Part shown: one piece after another, positions 14,980-28,630 of the stretch
How the letters are laid out: each line of letters opens with the position of its first letter
How positions within the stretch are numbered: position 1 is the stretch's first letter
Program-made: the position numbers and the translations under genes
Notes under the pieces: model-generated
What the model was told of the DNA's origin: nothing
Database searches by the model: none
The model's input: only the letters and a program-made list of their open reading frames with translations
Assembly (NCBI RefSeq): GCF_910592395.1
Contig: NC_088308.1
Coordinates: forward strand, 1,488,001-1,552,000
Reading direction: 5' to 3'
DNA: 64,000 nucleotides
Origin: Lineus longissimus
Taxonomy: Eukaryota

Positions 14980-15106
14980 AGCGATTTTCGTCGCTGCGAC
15001 CGGCAACGGAGCCATGACAATTGATTATTATTTGACAAATGGACGCCAGCATTCCAACCACAGTTCTCACACTGCCATTAGCTCCGTCGCAGCCACTAAA
15101 ATCGCT
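14980..15106. repeat. Imperfect inverted repeat, possible old MITE
   Basis: AGCGATTTTCGTCGCTGCGAC..CGGAGC versus GCTCCGTCGCAGCCACTAAAATCGCT. Confidence 0.45.
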
Positions 15107-16349
15107 CTTTTGCAGTTCACTTAGCGTCAAGCAATACAAATCAGTTCATCAGTCTCGAGCATGACGAGTGATATCAATGTAACCTTCCAAGAACGAGTCC
15201 ATGCAATCAGCAACGGAGCCAAGAAATTGAATCAAAGTCACTTCTACAATTCACCTCATTGGATTACAAACCAATATTCAACGAAATGAACTTCAACCAA
15301 AATAGACGGATCATATCTACGGCTTCAGCGTTGGCGGAGTTATTTTTCATATTTCTCCTTGTTGGGATGATGGCTTTTTGCTTGGCACGTCTGGGTTTGG
15401 GTATGGGTTTATTCCCCGTTCACCATGACCCTGATTTGGGTTTCAGGATCAGTTTGTCCCTATCCTCAACAGATGGCAACACTTGTCAGGTGTTGAGAAA
15501 TCATGGCAAGCACTACCAGGACCATTCGAATAGATTGTTCACCCCTCCCTCCATTCAATATCGCAGTCTGTGGATGAGGTTCATTGTCAAGGCTGGTTGG
15601 TCCACAGGACTGCCATATTCTGCCCAACTCATGGCCCCTGGATGTTGGTGTGTTCATGACAAATGAAATCAAGTTTACACTTATCACAAAATGTCAAAGT
15701 ATCACAATTGTGGGGGAGTTCCCGCAGGGTTGAATTTATAAAGATTATAGGTAAATCTATCAATATCCTTATGAAATATCAGGATGGAACTTTATTATCA
15801 CGCTATAAATATCAAGTTCAATAGTTCCTTTGTGAAACTGTACACTACCAACTTTTTGCGCCTATCTATTTTTGCAATTTGCGAAAAACTTCTCAAATAT
15901 TAATCAATTTCTTGATTTTTATCTAGGCCTAGACAGACCCAGCAATAGTATGACCTCAAGTATCCACCTCCCCCCCCCCCCCCCCCGACCCCCAGATGTA
16001 ACATACTTGCGATCAATCCATCAGTCCCACCATCCGACGAACCAACTGGCATTCCCTTGCTCAAGACAAGGAGACAAATGCCCCTTTGGTCTGTCATCAT
16101 CTGGTCTCCCGCTTCCGTAGGAGGAAGACAGTGAACAGAAGACAGCTGATAAGGAATCTGTCATAAAGCGCCCCAGGTTTCATGAAAGATCATCTGTTGA
16201 TTATTTCCGCAGGATCCTCCCACTCACCCGTCGGGTCATCTCGAGCCACTCCCAAGGCAAAGTGAAGCTTTAATGGCCACGTTTCAACTGTCAAAGCAGG
16301 GTCGTCATCATGGTGTACATTTTCTTTTCACGATATCTAGTTTTACAGT

Positions 16350-16790
16350 TAATAGACATGAAGCTTTCTAGACAGACACGAGCGGCACCATGAGGGGCAG
16401 AACTTTATCAAACAAAGGTCAGCTTCCCCTTGCAGCGTGATAAAGGGTATGTGTTCATGCCATGCCTTTACTCTGCTCTCCAGATCCACTCTTGCCGAAG
16501 AACAGATATTCAAACTAGTATCATGTGCTGCCATCTGCTAGGCCCAAATCGAACCACTGTGCACATGCAGACCTAATGGGAAGTTTTGTCAACCTTGGCA
16601 TTGAGTCCTCCTCTGACATCAGAGCCAACATTGTGTTTCTGTCAAGGAAAACAAGGCCAGAAAGCACAGACATGGTGTCGGGCCAGAAATAACTTGTTCT
16701 CGCCAATCGGTAATGCCCATAGGGGGAACCTGGTTGATCTTGGCAAACACAGTAAGAATGTCATGATGTATTTGGTGAGGTTCATGTGTA
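16350..16790 (-). mobile_element. Decayed Gypsy integrase zinc-binding region relic
   Basis: KINQVPPMGIT, then a frameshift to RLARTSYFWPDTM, resembling the HxGIxK...RARxxxxWPxM motif. Confidence 0.45.
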
Positions 16791-16872
16791 ACTCCAGCCA
16801 ACAACTACTCACACATATTAACACAAAATAAAACATCTAGGAACTCACCAAACCTGGCAATTCTTCTATCAG

Positions 16873-16901
16873 TACTTACCTGCAAAGAAAAAGAGGGAGG
16901 G
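16873..16901 (-). promoter_or_regulatory. Candidate recursive splice site (ratchet point), CCCTCCCTCTTTTTCTTTGCAG|GTAAGTA
   Basis: Long pyrimidine tract and CAG directly fused to a consensus GTAAGT donor, sense to the host gene; junction 16880/16879, near the middle of the 30.6-kb intron. Confidence 0.7.
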
Positions 16902-19900
16902 CATTTAGAAACCATCATTTTCATAAAAAATACATACAGTAATTATGAATCTGCGAGCTGCATGCCCAAATTAACACCAGTGAATGAATTATACCACTCC
17001 ACTACTCTGTCGAAGGAAGAATTGAAAAGCACAGCAGTATAAGTAAGGAAACGCTTAATCAGAATAGGCCAATAAAATCATATATGGGAGATTTTAAGGA
17101 ATTAGCCCCCCTGCATAACTCATTAACATTGATTGTCTACAGCTCAAAGAGTTTCTACGTCTGGGTCTACCACCCAGCTCTTTTCCCAGCAAGGTGCAAT
17201 ATTTATTCCCAGAAATGGTGAATGCTCTTGTATGGACGCATTGGATTAGTATTATTATGAGAATTTCATTCATCTACATATTAGCACATATGAAATAATA
17301 TGCTTGCCAGACAGTATTTCACAGGAAGAGGTATATATTCTAGCCCAAAATATTCGACCTTGAAAAAGAGGACACATTTTTCTTCCTTCTGACCACTTTG
17401 ATATTTGATGAAGGGGTTTAATAATTTGAGGTGTTTTAAACCCTTTTGACGAGCAGGGCTTCCCGATGTGACTTCCGGATGTGAACCTCCAGGATATGAG
17501 GGAGACAGGAGGAAGCCACACCATATTCTACTAAATTGCCCCCCCCCTCGAGGAAAGTCTTCTCAACTACTGTCTGATCCGCCCACGCCTCAAAGCCCAG
17601 GTGGGGAATAACAAATAAGCCACACACTATCAACGGAACAACTTGATAGAAAAGAAATGCCAAATGTGGCTTCAGAATGGGAACTTGAAGAATGACGCAG
17701 ACAAGAGGAAGTTACATGACTATAAATAGAACGGAGAAAAACGCCAAGAATGCTAGTTAGCATTCAAGTCATTCTCAATGGTTATTAGCGCGTTCCAGTG
17801 GGGATGTCACTGGAATCTTAACATGGTGGCGGTATCTCTAAATGGATAAAGGTCGCCTTGGGAAATATGGCTGGGAGGCTTGCATAGTCTATGATAGGGC
17901 AGATAGGAGTAAGAATACTGTCGCTTTCATGAAATGCTTTAGCTTTCAAGTCAAGTTTATGTTATATCCTCAGGGCCTGGCCGGGGGGGGGGGGGGGGGG
18001 GGTACACTGGGTGAAGACCGGTTGTGGTGCAAGCATTACTCCCTGAACTTATACTTAAAGAGCAGTCATCCTGTTGGATATGCAGAAAACTCGATTTGAC
18101 ATGGGATTAGCCAGGCTCACTCAGAAATGTACACGATACCGAGTATGTCCTTTCAAAAATACTCAATTATTCAGCCATAAAGGGATGGATTGCATCCATA
18201 ATATATCAGAGTGTAAACGTATACTAGGTTCAGCTGCTTGCTCCGCACAACCATTACTTTTGATACAGCTTCACTCAGAAGACCCAGGGGAGGTTGGTTG
18301 GCCGTTTGATCCCAGAGGTAGACCAAGGCGAGGGTGAGGGTATTTTGATCTTTTCCATTGGTGGACAATTCCAAATGTGCACCATATTTGGATCCTACGG
18401 CTGATTCAACCAAGTCTTTCTCTCATTTGCCTGTGTAACTACTTTTCAATGGTGGCATATTCCTTTGCAGACTGATCAATATTCCCCTAGCTGGTAATCA
18501 CAATTTTCATAATCCTGCAAGTTTTTTGTCCCCCTGTCAATTCTTCTTTTTCAATATGGACAATTTCCTGGATGGAATATTGGTCTTTGTTGGCTGATGA
18601 TGTTGGATATTTTGATTTAGATTATGAGAGATGGGATCCAGGCAGCATTGATAAAAACTTTCATATTCCTTACAAATAGGCAGAAAAAACACCAAAAAGT
18701 CATTCTTGGGATCGTGCAAACTGATATTGAAAGGAAATGACCAAACTGCAGGGAAAATATGTTATCTGGTTTGTGACATTTGAGAACCCCCACGCTAACT
18801 TTCAATTTGTCACCACGTTTTTGCCAGGATTCTCCACAGACATACACCAGGTGCATCCCCATAAAGCTGATCAGTGCTGTAGCATTTGATTTTCCATTGC
18901 ATGCTAGGAGAATTTTGGTACATTTATAAGGCCAATGGTGGTCTAAAAGCTTACAAACACATCTAAACATGGCTCCAAGTTGGCACAGTCTCTTTAATGA
19001 GCTTACTGCCTGTTGTAAAGGTGGGACTATAGACTTTATTGGGGAAAGAGCGGGTCCTGTTACAGTTATAGCTGGTTTTGACCTGTGTACCTGGAACCAT
19101 CCTAGGTCCAAATGAGATTCGAAACCAATAAATCAATGAGCAGTAGACGTCCCAACCGCCCCTTGCCGATGATGTGATTCCAATCATCCGATGTGACTAC
19201 ATACAAGAACACAAAACCCCAATATAATTGCAAAGTAGGGCTTCACAAATGAGAGTGTGGTCGATTGGAAATGCCAGATGTCGAAACGTTCTTGGGCTGT
19301 GAAGTGGTTTGAATCAACCGAAGTATCGAAGAATAAATTGGCATTGCAGTTCGATGAAACATCAAGTGGCATGCCCTGGATGTGACTTCCCCCCACCCAC
19401 CACCAGAGAATACGCCACTGGATAAACCCTGGCTCGAAGCCAACACTTGATAAAATATAACAACAGTCATTCAGGATAACAGCAAGAGAGCTTCCTTCAT
19501 ATTAAGTTAATTTAGAAAACGAAAATAACCGATGAAAATATTTCCTTCCACTTTGATAAGAAATCATCCAATACTAGATCAATATCATATCACCTCATTT
19601 TTCTAAAAGGATACTTCCTTATTTGCTTTTGAAACAAGTCAAGTGGAAATCATGAAGCTCAAGAAATTAGTCATCATCAGAAGAAAACAAACACAGTTGC
19701 CAAGTTTTAGGTTAAGTACCGGGGAGCTTTCAATACAAGTGGATCTTGAAGGAATGTGAAAGTGATAGTCCATCCTATTCCTTGATATGACCGTGATACG
19801 ATAACATTATTAAGATGATTTCCAGGTCAAATACTGAAATCGACATAAGACGAGGAGTTGACTGGGTACCAACTGGTGTTTTTTGCCAATGTCTGTCTTT

Positions 19901-21249
19901 GGCAAGGAATAAAGGAGTTCCTAAACAGCTATAATATGTAAAGACAACATTCAAGTTCTCAAAGTTCGCACACAGAGCCTCGGAATGTTTACAATCTGAT
20001 TATAAGAATAGTCTTACTTACTGCGAATGCACTTTCAATGGGTGCATATGGTGCATAGTGTATCCGCTAGTCAACGCACACCTCAATAAACCATCCGACG
20101 CCTACGCGCCCCCATATACCATCATCATTATGTCTTTACAAGAATATATCCGTCAGGGACGTCCGTGATGACCAAGGAACATGCCTTAATCACATAACTG
20201 AACGAAAAGTTTGAGACATACGAGCACTAAAGTCCCAAAGCAAGCTATTCAACAACTGTCTCGAAGTGATATTCCCATCATAATCATTTCTTCTAATTCT
20301 TGGGGCACTTCACTTGGGACAAAGAATACCCAACTGGATACCTCTTGATTTGTACCTCTCGGCACAAACAAATATTCTGCTATTCAAAATCGGAAATATT
20401 AGCCCCAATCTGACCTCTTTCCCCACAAAATGGTTTGAACTGGAGGCATACACAAGCAACAGAATTTCACATGGTCATTCAACCATTCTCATGCTTGAGA
20501 AGTCTTTTTTTGAACGATTTGCTGTAATCCGTTTTACCACACACAACAAAAAGATTGAACGTTTTGTTCCCCACTTAAATGTGGCGTACACAAAACCAGG
20601 GATTCCAAATTTGTTGCAATTCTGAATATCTCCACAATCCTAAACAAATATCTGCTCTATAGCAGCCGTCATCAGCCGTCTATCCTACAATACATCAGAA
20701 TCAACAACGAATTGCCATAGCCGAATCTACTAATCCTGGATGTCTACCCCATCTAAAAACATGGCTCAGGAGTCCGATCACTTAAGTCACCAATTAATCC
20801 TAGATTCGTAGGAGGATCAGATGTTAAATCTAAATTACCGGCTGCCAGCAGATACTGAAAATCAGTATGGACAAGTCTGCTTCCATTCGCTACTAAGCAG
20901 GGCTGACTTTGGTAAGACTCAATTCTGGTGACACAATCCCGAAGATCAGCCACAAAGCAGTCAACAGATGGTAACGATAATCCAATGATCCCCGATCTGT
21001 GCCGTGCAAATCAATAGTCCTTGAAATATCTTCAATGATGTCAATGGTTTAAGATTGCCTATTTCAATCCATGCCAAGCAAGGTTCATAAACCAGTCCTA
21101 AACACAGAAGTTGGATTCAAACAATTTGTCCAGAAAGTAGGGTTGCATGGCATCATGTTTTGATCCAGTGGCTGTGTCAAAGTTGCTTCAATGCACCATC
21201 GAGGTAGCAAGCTGAAGTGAATAGACCCACGGTAGATAAGTACATCAGT

Positions 21250-21760
21250 GCAATGAAATGCCCTCCAGAGCTGGCTCCTGGCTTAGAGCGTCCTACGTAC
21301 TCGAGGCCAATTCTGGACTCCACAAACCATCTACAGGCAAGTTCACGAAGCAAATGTGTACTTGAAGTATTGTGAGTCCATCCTTGTGAGAGACTGAATG
21401 CATCCACAGGCGATATGAGAGTCCATTGAAATGATCAACAGGCGGCTATGGAGGGTTAAGTGACAATCATTTGACAATCAGGCAGGGCAAGGTGCAAACA
21501 TAGCCAGATGGAGTACATCGGCTAGATGGGCATGGCTCAATGGGGCAATATTGTATTCCGGCCGATGACTTGTTGGACCAGTGGGCAGGATGGGTGGAGC
21601 GATGGCCAGAATACACAAATGATGACTCAGACTGTCAAACCCAAAAGCATGGAACACGGCACTTGCATGCAAATCATGTTTTTTATCAAACAATTACGTC
21701 GTGCTCATCCCCACGGATTTGAATATGATGAATATTTTCCTGGCTCAAGCACTGTACGGA
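21250..21760 (-). mobile_element. Decayed Gypsy integrase relic
   Basis: GMST..IKNMIC..PC, FNGLSY and FSLSQGWTHNTSSTH remnants, in integrase order. Confidence 0.4.
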
Positions 21761-24700
21761 ATGGAGGGAGCAATGCGGTACACAAAATGTAGTCACCTCG
21801 TAGTCTGGAATGAAATTGGGATCCCTTTGAAACAAAGCTGCACATTCAAACGCATAGCACCAAAACCGATACAGAATATGGTATGAATTGATTTAGCTGG
21901 TGGTACTCCAAGCTTTTCATTCACCATGTCAACGAAGAAACAAAGATGGTATTGACATACAAAGCTTCCAAAATCGCAAGGAAATGTTTAAGGAAACGAT
22001 TTCTTAAAACAGAAAACAGTCCCACAGAGAACATTATTATTCTCATGTAAACCATAGTAAAACGTCAAAAGCAACAACCTTGCACAACAAAATCAAGTTT
22101 TCATTGCAATTGAGATGGCCTAATTACCATTCTTTGCAGGTAAAAAGAATTGTTTAGTTTTTACGGTTACAACAACAATTATGTTTTGAAAGCACTTTTT
22201 GTTATTTCAAATATATTGTAGGAATCGTTATGACAGCAATAAGCAGATTGAATGGCCTTGGGCAAAAAGCTTTCAGTTCCTGGATGAACTCCTTTGTATT
22301 TCTGAGGCCTGTCAAGGGCATTGTTCAAGTCCTGTTCAAGGGCATTGTCCCTGTGAAAAGGGTTTCTCCAATGTACAGATGCTGTGTGCATTAGAGAGCT
22401 CATCAATCTGAACCACTGTGCCATGGTGAACGGTCACAATGGTGAATATTGACAGCACACAGATACTTGAATAGCTCATTATATTATACCAGTACTTCTG
22501 GTCAACCCCTGAATTACACCTACATATCATTTTTAATAATAGGTTCATACATTACTTGGTATATTTCATGTATGTATAAACCAGGCCTAGGCTTTTAATA
22601 TCCAGATTAAAATGAAATATGTGGGCCACGGTCCTGTATCAAAATATTTGAGCGGGAATGTCATGGGTCTCTAGTTCCTAAGTATTTCTAAACACTTGGA
22701 AGAATATCTTAAATGCTTGAATTTTTGGGGATTGCATTGTGGAAGTTCATGTGGAAGTTCAAGTAGTCCACATTGTCGATATCAAGAATAAAATAAAGAC
22801 TACAAGTCTTGATGAATTCTTGCCGATATATAACCTTTTACTTTGAATATATGTCAACTAAAGGAAAATATTTGAGGAGTGGAGGATTGTGTTTCCTCTC
22901 AATAAATTTGGATTTGTAGCTTTCAAAAGTGTGACATCAACTGCCTGTTTAATAGTCTGTCATCCCCTCGGGCTAACGCCATCACAGTTATGCACCCCAG
23001 AGGAAATAGAATCAAGATGGGGTGATTTATAACAATTTACCAAAAAAAGTGTCGATTGCTTTTGCCTGCATTTGCAACTCAGTAAGTAGAATACAACAAC
23101 GTGGCTTTTAGTAAATTCTCTGAACGATCGATAGCCCAGCATAGGATATGCGTCGGTTCTTGAGGATGCACAACTATGCTACTGTTAAATATCCAATAGT
23201 ATATTGGGGCGAAAAATGGATTTTTGTACAACAATACATGTATTTCACAAGCCTCAAAGTTTTGATGTGCCAAGTGGGCAGAGAAAACTCGTATTCTGGA
23301 TGATACAACAGTCGAAAATTTAAAATGGACTTGTCGCCAAGCTTGTTTGGGTATTATGTATACTGGAGATTTACATGAAGTACACAGACATTGACACATA
23401 CTAGGATGACACTACACCACTTTTATCTCCCAACCACCATATGTCCTGTTCATATCAAGGTTAATCAGTGTTTTTATTGCACAGTCATTGGTGATAATTC
23501 GCTTTTATTGTGTTGTCCCCAACATGACCTGTATCCTTTTATGGTACCAGGTTACAAGCTGTCATCAAATCAATCAAATGGCCTCAACAACAATTGGTTA
23601 GGTAGCAAATTAAATATTTGGGATCATCAAAATGGTTGTTTTTGTAAACTGACATTACATGTGCATGAAGGCTGCCTATACAACAACATATTCACTGAAG
23701 CAGACACATAAAAGACACATGGAGAAATTTTGTCTTATCACTCTCTGAAAGGTTTGGAAAGAACCAAATCAGGCAGAAAATCTATTAGAACGGGAATTCT
23801 ATGATAGAATGGAGAACTAAAGTGGATATAATCCCATTTAACATTCTACTCTGCATGGTTGAATTTCTGTTCAAAACGCACCTTTTTGATCTGAATCCTT
23901 ACATTGGAATTTTCAATTTGTTCTAATTCACCACACCAGATATTTGCTTGGCGAAAACGACATAAAAGGGGCTCATCAAAAGCATAGATAGCCTCACTTG
24001 TGGGTCACAGGATAGACTCTCACACTCTCTTAAAGCTGAAAAGCTTCATCAAGAGATCCTGTTTTTTCCAAACACCAGGAGAACCACACCTGCAAACCTT
24101 TGAATTTACCACACAAGCTTTTTCACACCTACCTTGTTATATCTCAAGATTCAACAGGCCACTCTTCACAAAATATAATCCACAAAATCTGACTAGTCTT
24201 GTTCAAAGCCCCTTGCTCATCTGTGACAATAGTCAGCAGGTGAATGAAGAGTTCACATTTGTCAAACATTCTAATTTTAACATTAGAAACCCTGCAGGAG
24301 ATCAAACCAACAAAGGGACCAGACCTAAGAGACACTTATCAGTTGATAATGACATGGTTTAGTGCCTTCTAACCACTAATTTGGCAACCGACAATGCTTG
24401 GAAAGGGGGAACGCATGGGCCAAAATCATGATCCAAATCTTGATCCTTATCAAGATGTACCCAATACTCTCTTGTAGACAAGAGGGGGGGGGGGTATTCA
24501 AAGATTAGGAGCAGCAGATTATTTCAATTCATGAGGGAGGGTATCGTGAACAAAACCATACATAAGAAACTCCATAACAAGACCTTGCTGCTTCATTTCA
24601 ATGCCACATGGCCTACAACAAGGGCGGTCACAGCTGACCAGTACTGTAGTTCTCTACTGAGACAACCTTGAAAACAGAGCTATGCGGGCATGAAGTTATC

Positions 24701-25391
24701 AGAAGTTTCCTTCAGCCTGAAGCCAAATCAATCGAGTGTAAGAATCAAGTGTCTCACCTGCAACGGGCAAGGAATTGGTGTGAAATGTCAGAGAGATTGG
24801 CAAATCTCAACATCTCATGGCAAACAGCAGAGTGGAGCAGCAAAGGTGAATCTTACATGAGGTGCAGAATGGTTGAAGCAAACTACACGCAAGCTTGGGT
24901 GATGGTCGGAGTGGTTCTGTGGTTAAAACCAATGTTTGAAATTGACATCAGCTCCTCTCGCCCGTCAGCCCCTGTTTGCCTTCCATTCTGTACATCTTCA
25001 GGTGATAGATAAGTGTCAAGCACACATAGGTCGCAAGTGAAACCCTCCTCCCCTAATTATGGATGAGAACAACACCCTTTCCATGCAGTCCTCTTCTTCA
25101 AAATTCAAAGCACTCCTTACTCTTCTACTCCAAGGTGGTTATGGTAGGGGTACCAAGTGAATGACACACATTCATTGCCAAGGAGAAAACATTGCAACAA
25201 CTTACTCAATATGAGATATTGTTGGTGTTATACTATAGCTGTATATACGATATGTATGAGCCCAGGAATGCACCAAGCTTCCAGCCCCTTTTCAGCAGAT
25301 GCAATCTTACATACTTGATGCTTCAGGGTTACCAATAACCTTAATGAACATTCTGTAAGGGGAAGAGATATCTAAGTCAAGATTGTCTGCA

Positions 25392-25541
25392 ACCTTCAGC
25401 GCCTCAAAGCACTTCTGCACTTTTCAAACTACATGTATTCCATTTTCATAACACAAATCAGCCTTTACCTTCAGCGCCTCAAAGCACTTCTGCACTTTCC
25501 AAACTACATGTATTCCATTTTCATAACACAAATCAGCCTTT
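25392..25541. repeat. Tandem duplication, 2 x 75 bp
   Basis: ACCTTCAGCGCCTCAAAGCAC... starts at 25392 and again at 25467, with one substitution. Confidence 0.9.
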
Positions 25542-28500
25542 TTACATTCTTGGCCAGCTTCACCAGTTTTTTTTTGTATCAGTCTGGAAGAAGTATACCA
25601 GGGTTATGATAGAATGAAGAATGACAATGGGAAAATCATCATCATCCCCTCACCAATCCCATCAAATAGTCTCAATCTTTTGCCAAACAATAATCTCATA
25701 ATCATAGAAAGATTCCATCCCTGCAATAGGCTAATAGATTGTCACAATCGTTGCCAACTATTTATTCTGCATGATTGCTAGAGCAAACAGATCATCCAAT
25801 CTTCTCCACCCTGCTGCATAATTCTATTGACAATTATCATTATGGAAATACATCTGAATCTGCCATAAGCAATGCTAAGAAAAAGTACATGTTGGTCGTG
25901 CAAGGCCAAGTTCGAGTGTTAGCTCGTTAAAGGTCTTTTAACCGGGTGTTGCACTGTGAGTGGTTTGCTATCAACGTACACAGTCCCTTGTGGTCACAGC
26001 TTGCTTCAAAATTAATCCAACATCGCTGAAAGCTGTGCTTCAGCCAAAGACGGTATGCCCAAGTGCTCTTGTCATCTCTTCAACTCCTATCCCAATCTGC
26101 CAGCGAAGACTACAAACAAAACAAAATACAAGTGATTTTTGGGGAGACCTCATATCTTCCATTTTCAACAGCCAAAAAGAATCAGACCAATGGGAACCAG
26201 TTCTGATGACCGTATAACAAACACCCCATCTCAATTCCGGACAAGCTATTTTCGGTAACCCCAACACAATGTTTGCTCTTCCAGAATCGCACTCATATAA
26301 GGTCGACTTATCCCGAAATTCCTTGTTGTTTTTGGTCCATCCCTGTGTCCCGACTATTGGAAAGGCTGGGCTCATCTCCCTGCGGTCTGCTGGAGTACTC
26401 TTGACAAGGATCCTCATCACATCTCATTACAGACTCAACGTGTGATCTATAGACAAGATGTCAGAGAGCCTACAGATGGACGGGGATGTTGGTTTATGGA
26501 AACGTCAGTAGTCGGATTGAGGCAATAATAAAGACCAGAGCAAGGTGTGCAGAGAAAACATTCCACCATGTCATGAGAGTGCTTCAATGGTGATGTCCGC
26601 ACTTCCTCCCTGGACGCCTGATGACCAACTCATATCTGCTGCTCACCTCAGATGTCTGCTGCAATGGTAGATCTGCTGTTCACAAAACAGATGAAAATTC
26701 AATATGAGTACACACCAGAGAATCAGCTGATATATCAACAAATGGAGATGCACTTTTCAGTGTCTTTGTAAAATACTTGATTCATCAATGATTGATTTAC
26801 GCCGAGTGGAGTCTAGAACAGTAGAAAAACATAACCCAGACAAATCGCGCATTAAAATTTACATATCGGGCGCCCCTATAGGCCTGAGCGTGGAGATAGA
26901 GGTTAGGATAATATAATAACGTTATGGTAATGATTATCATATTGTTAGGTGAACAGATGTCACGTACTACATCGTACATGTTTACAATATTGGTTACAAT
27001 TATAATTGGAAAAGAAGGGAGTTTGGTCCCATTCATCGAAAAGCCATTTAACAATGGCACATTATAAACGCCATCTTCAGTCTTCGGCCAAGGAAACCCT
27101 GAAACAAAAACTGGTGGCAAGAAACAATCCTCACATCAGACATGGGGAATCAATCTGCATGGATCAGCCATTCCAATGACCACCTGGTACCTGAATATTT
27201 CACTACAATGGGAAAAGCATTTAAAAAACACCTACCTTTTATTCTGTATTCAAATATGTATCCAAAATGTTCTTAATACAATTGAAAATTCAGAAATAAT
27301 CCAAATGTTAGATCCTCCAAATCCGACTGAACCTTCAAAATAGATCTCCGGATGACAATTTTTATGTTAGTGCATGGATTCCTATTCAGTTTGTCAAAGG
27401 CTGACAAAGGGCAGTATCCTTATCAGTCGACTGATACGTCCATTGGATCTCACAGGCTCAGCAGCTTCATAGGCTCAGTGACTCTCTTCTACAGGACGAT
27501 GTATCCTGATTATATAGTCAAGTGACCAGGAACAATAGTTGTCAATGCCCCGAGCAGCGGTAATGTCTGCGTTGATGTTTACATGCAACTGTGTAACAAC
27601 CAAGTTAATCCAATTCTCCGGTCGGACCTAGCGGCAATGATTTTCTTGGTTTCATGCAAAGTGCTCCAGAATGCATAATTAAAAGTAACTAGAAACGGAG
27701 GTCATCCAGGCACAGCACATCTGCCCTCTCAGACAGACCAACTAACAATAGTAGTAAATTGATACTAGTAACATACATGTATCAAACTTACCTGGTCAGT
27801 GTAATAAATATATCAAGTATGTATGTGATTGTAATCAGGTATAATCCCAATGTATGTGAAGTAAGTGGTTGGTAAAGTATGGTCTAAATCCCACCAAAAA
27901 TGAAGCCTTACAATAGCAAAACATTGACCATGTCCAATCAGGTATTCTATCCCTAATCAATGACTTTATAGTAATAATAGCTTTCCTATTATGTTGGAAC
28001 AATGGAGAGTCACAGTAGTCCTTTTAAACTATGAAGTCCATTTCCTTACAAGGAAAACCTAGCCCAGTCAGTGTACATGTATACACCTGTCAAAGTTTTG
28101 TATTTCCATGTAGGCCTTCATACATCTACATGTATATAACATGTGACCTAAGCCTTTACAATAGCCAATATTTACCTTCTATTATGTACACAGTCCTGGT
28201 TGAATAGAGGGGATGTCACCTTTGAATGGGGCCATTTCAAGCATTCCAATCACTCTAATTACAAAGCCCAGGTGAATACAATCAGGTTGCTATGTTGGCT
28301 GTCAACCAGGCAGTGCCTCATTACAAAGCCAATTAAGGACTTTTAATCGAGTATTAACATACTCTTCAACATCTAATACATTATTGGTATGTTGCTTGTT
28401 TCCACTGTATTATTCACTAAATGCTGAAGCTGTTGAGATGATAATATGATCATTGGGACATGACTTTTATCAAGGTTTTGGGATTCGGCCACCTCAATGG

Positions 28501-28548
28501 AACTTGTTGTTGCTGATACCATCCCTGCAGTGGTCACATTCTGCCTGT

Positions 28549-28630
28549 GGAGTGGTGTAGTGCTTTTATAGTGTGCCCGATTCCTAATGGAGAGGTCCTG
28601 AGTTTGTATCTGCCCCAAACCACCAAGCAC
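28549..28630 (+). mobile_element. Possible degenerate tRNA-derived SINE head
   Basis: A-box-like TGGTGTAGTG and B-box-like GAGTTTGTATC at tRNA-like spacing. Confidence 0.3.

Noticed and set aside
15968..24494. Long C/G homopolymers at about 15970, 17985 and 24484
   Set aside because: Simple runs, possibly ends of old repeats; no paired termini were found.
26420..27120. Possible extra exons near 26650 and 27096 with acceptor-like sites
   Set aside because: Not needed for the conserved protein, since exons 3 and 4 are contiguous, and translations hit stops or show no similarity.
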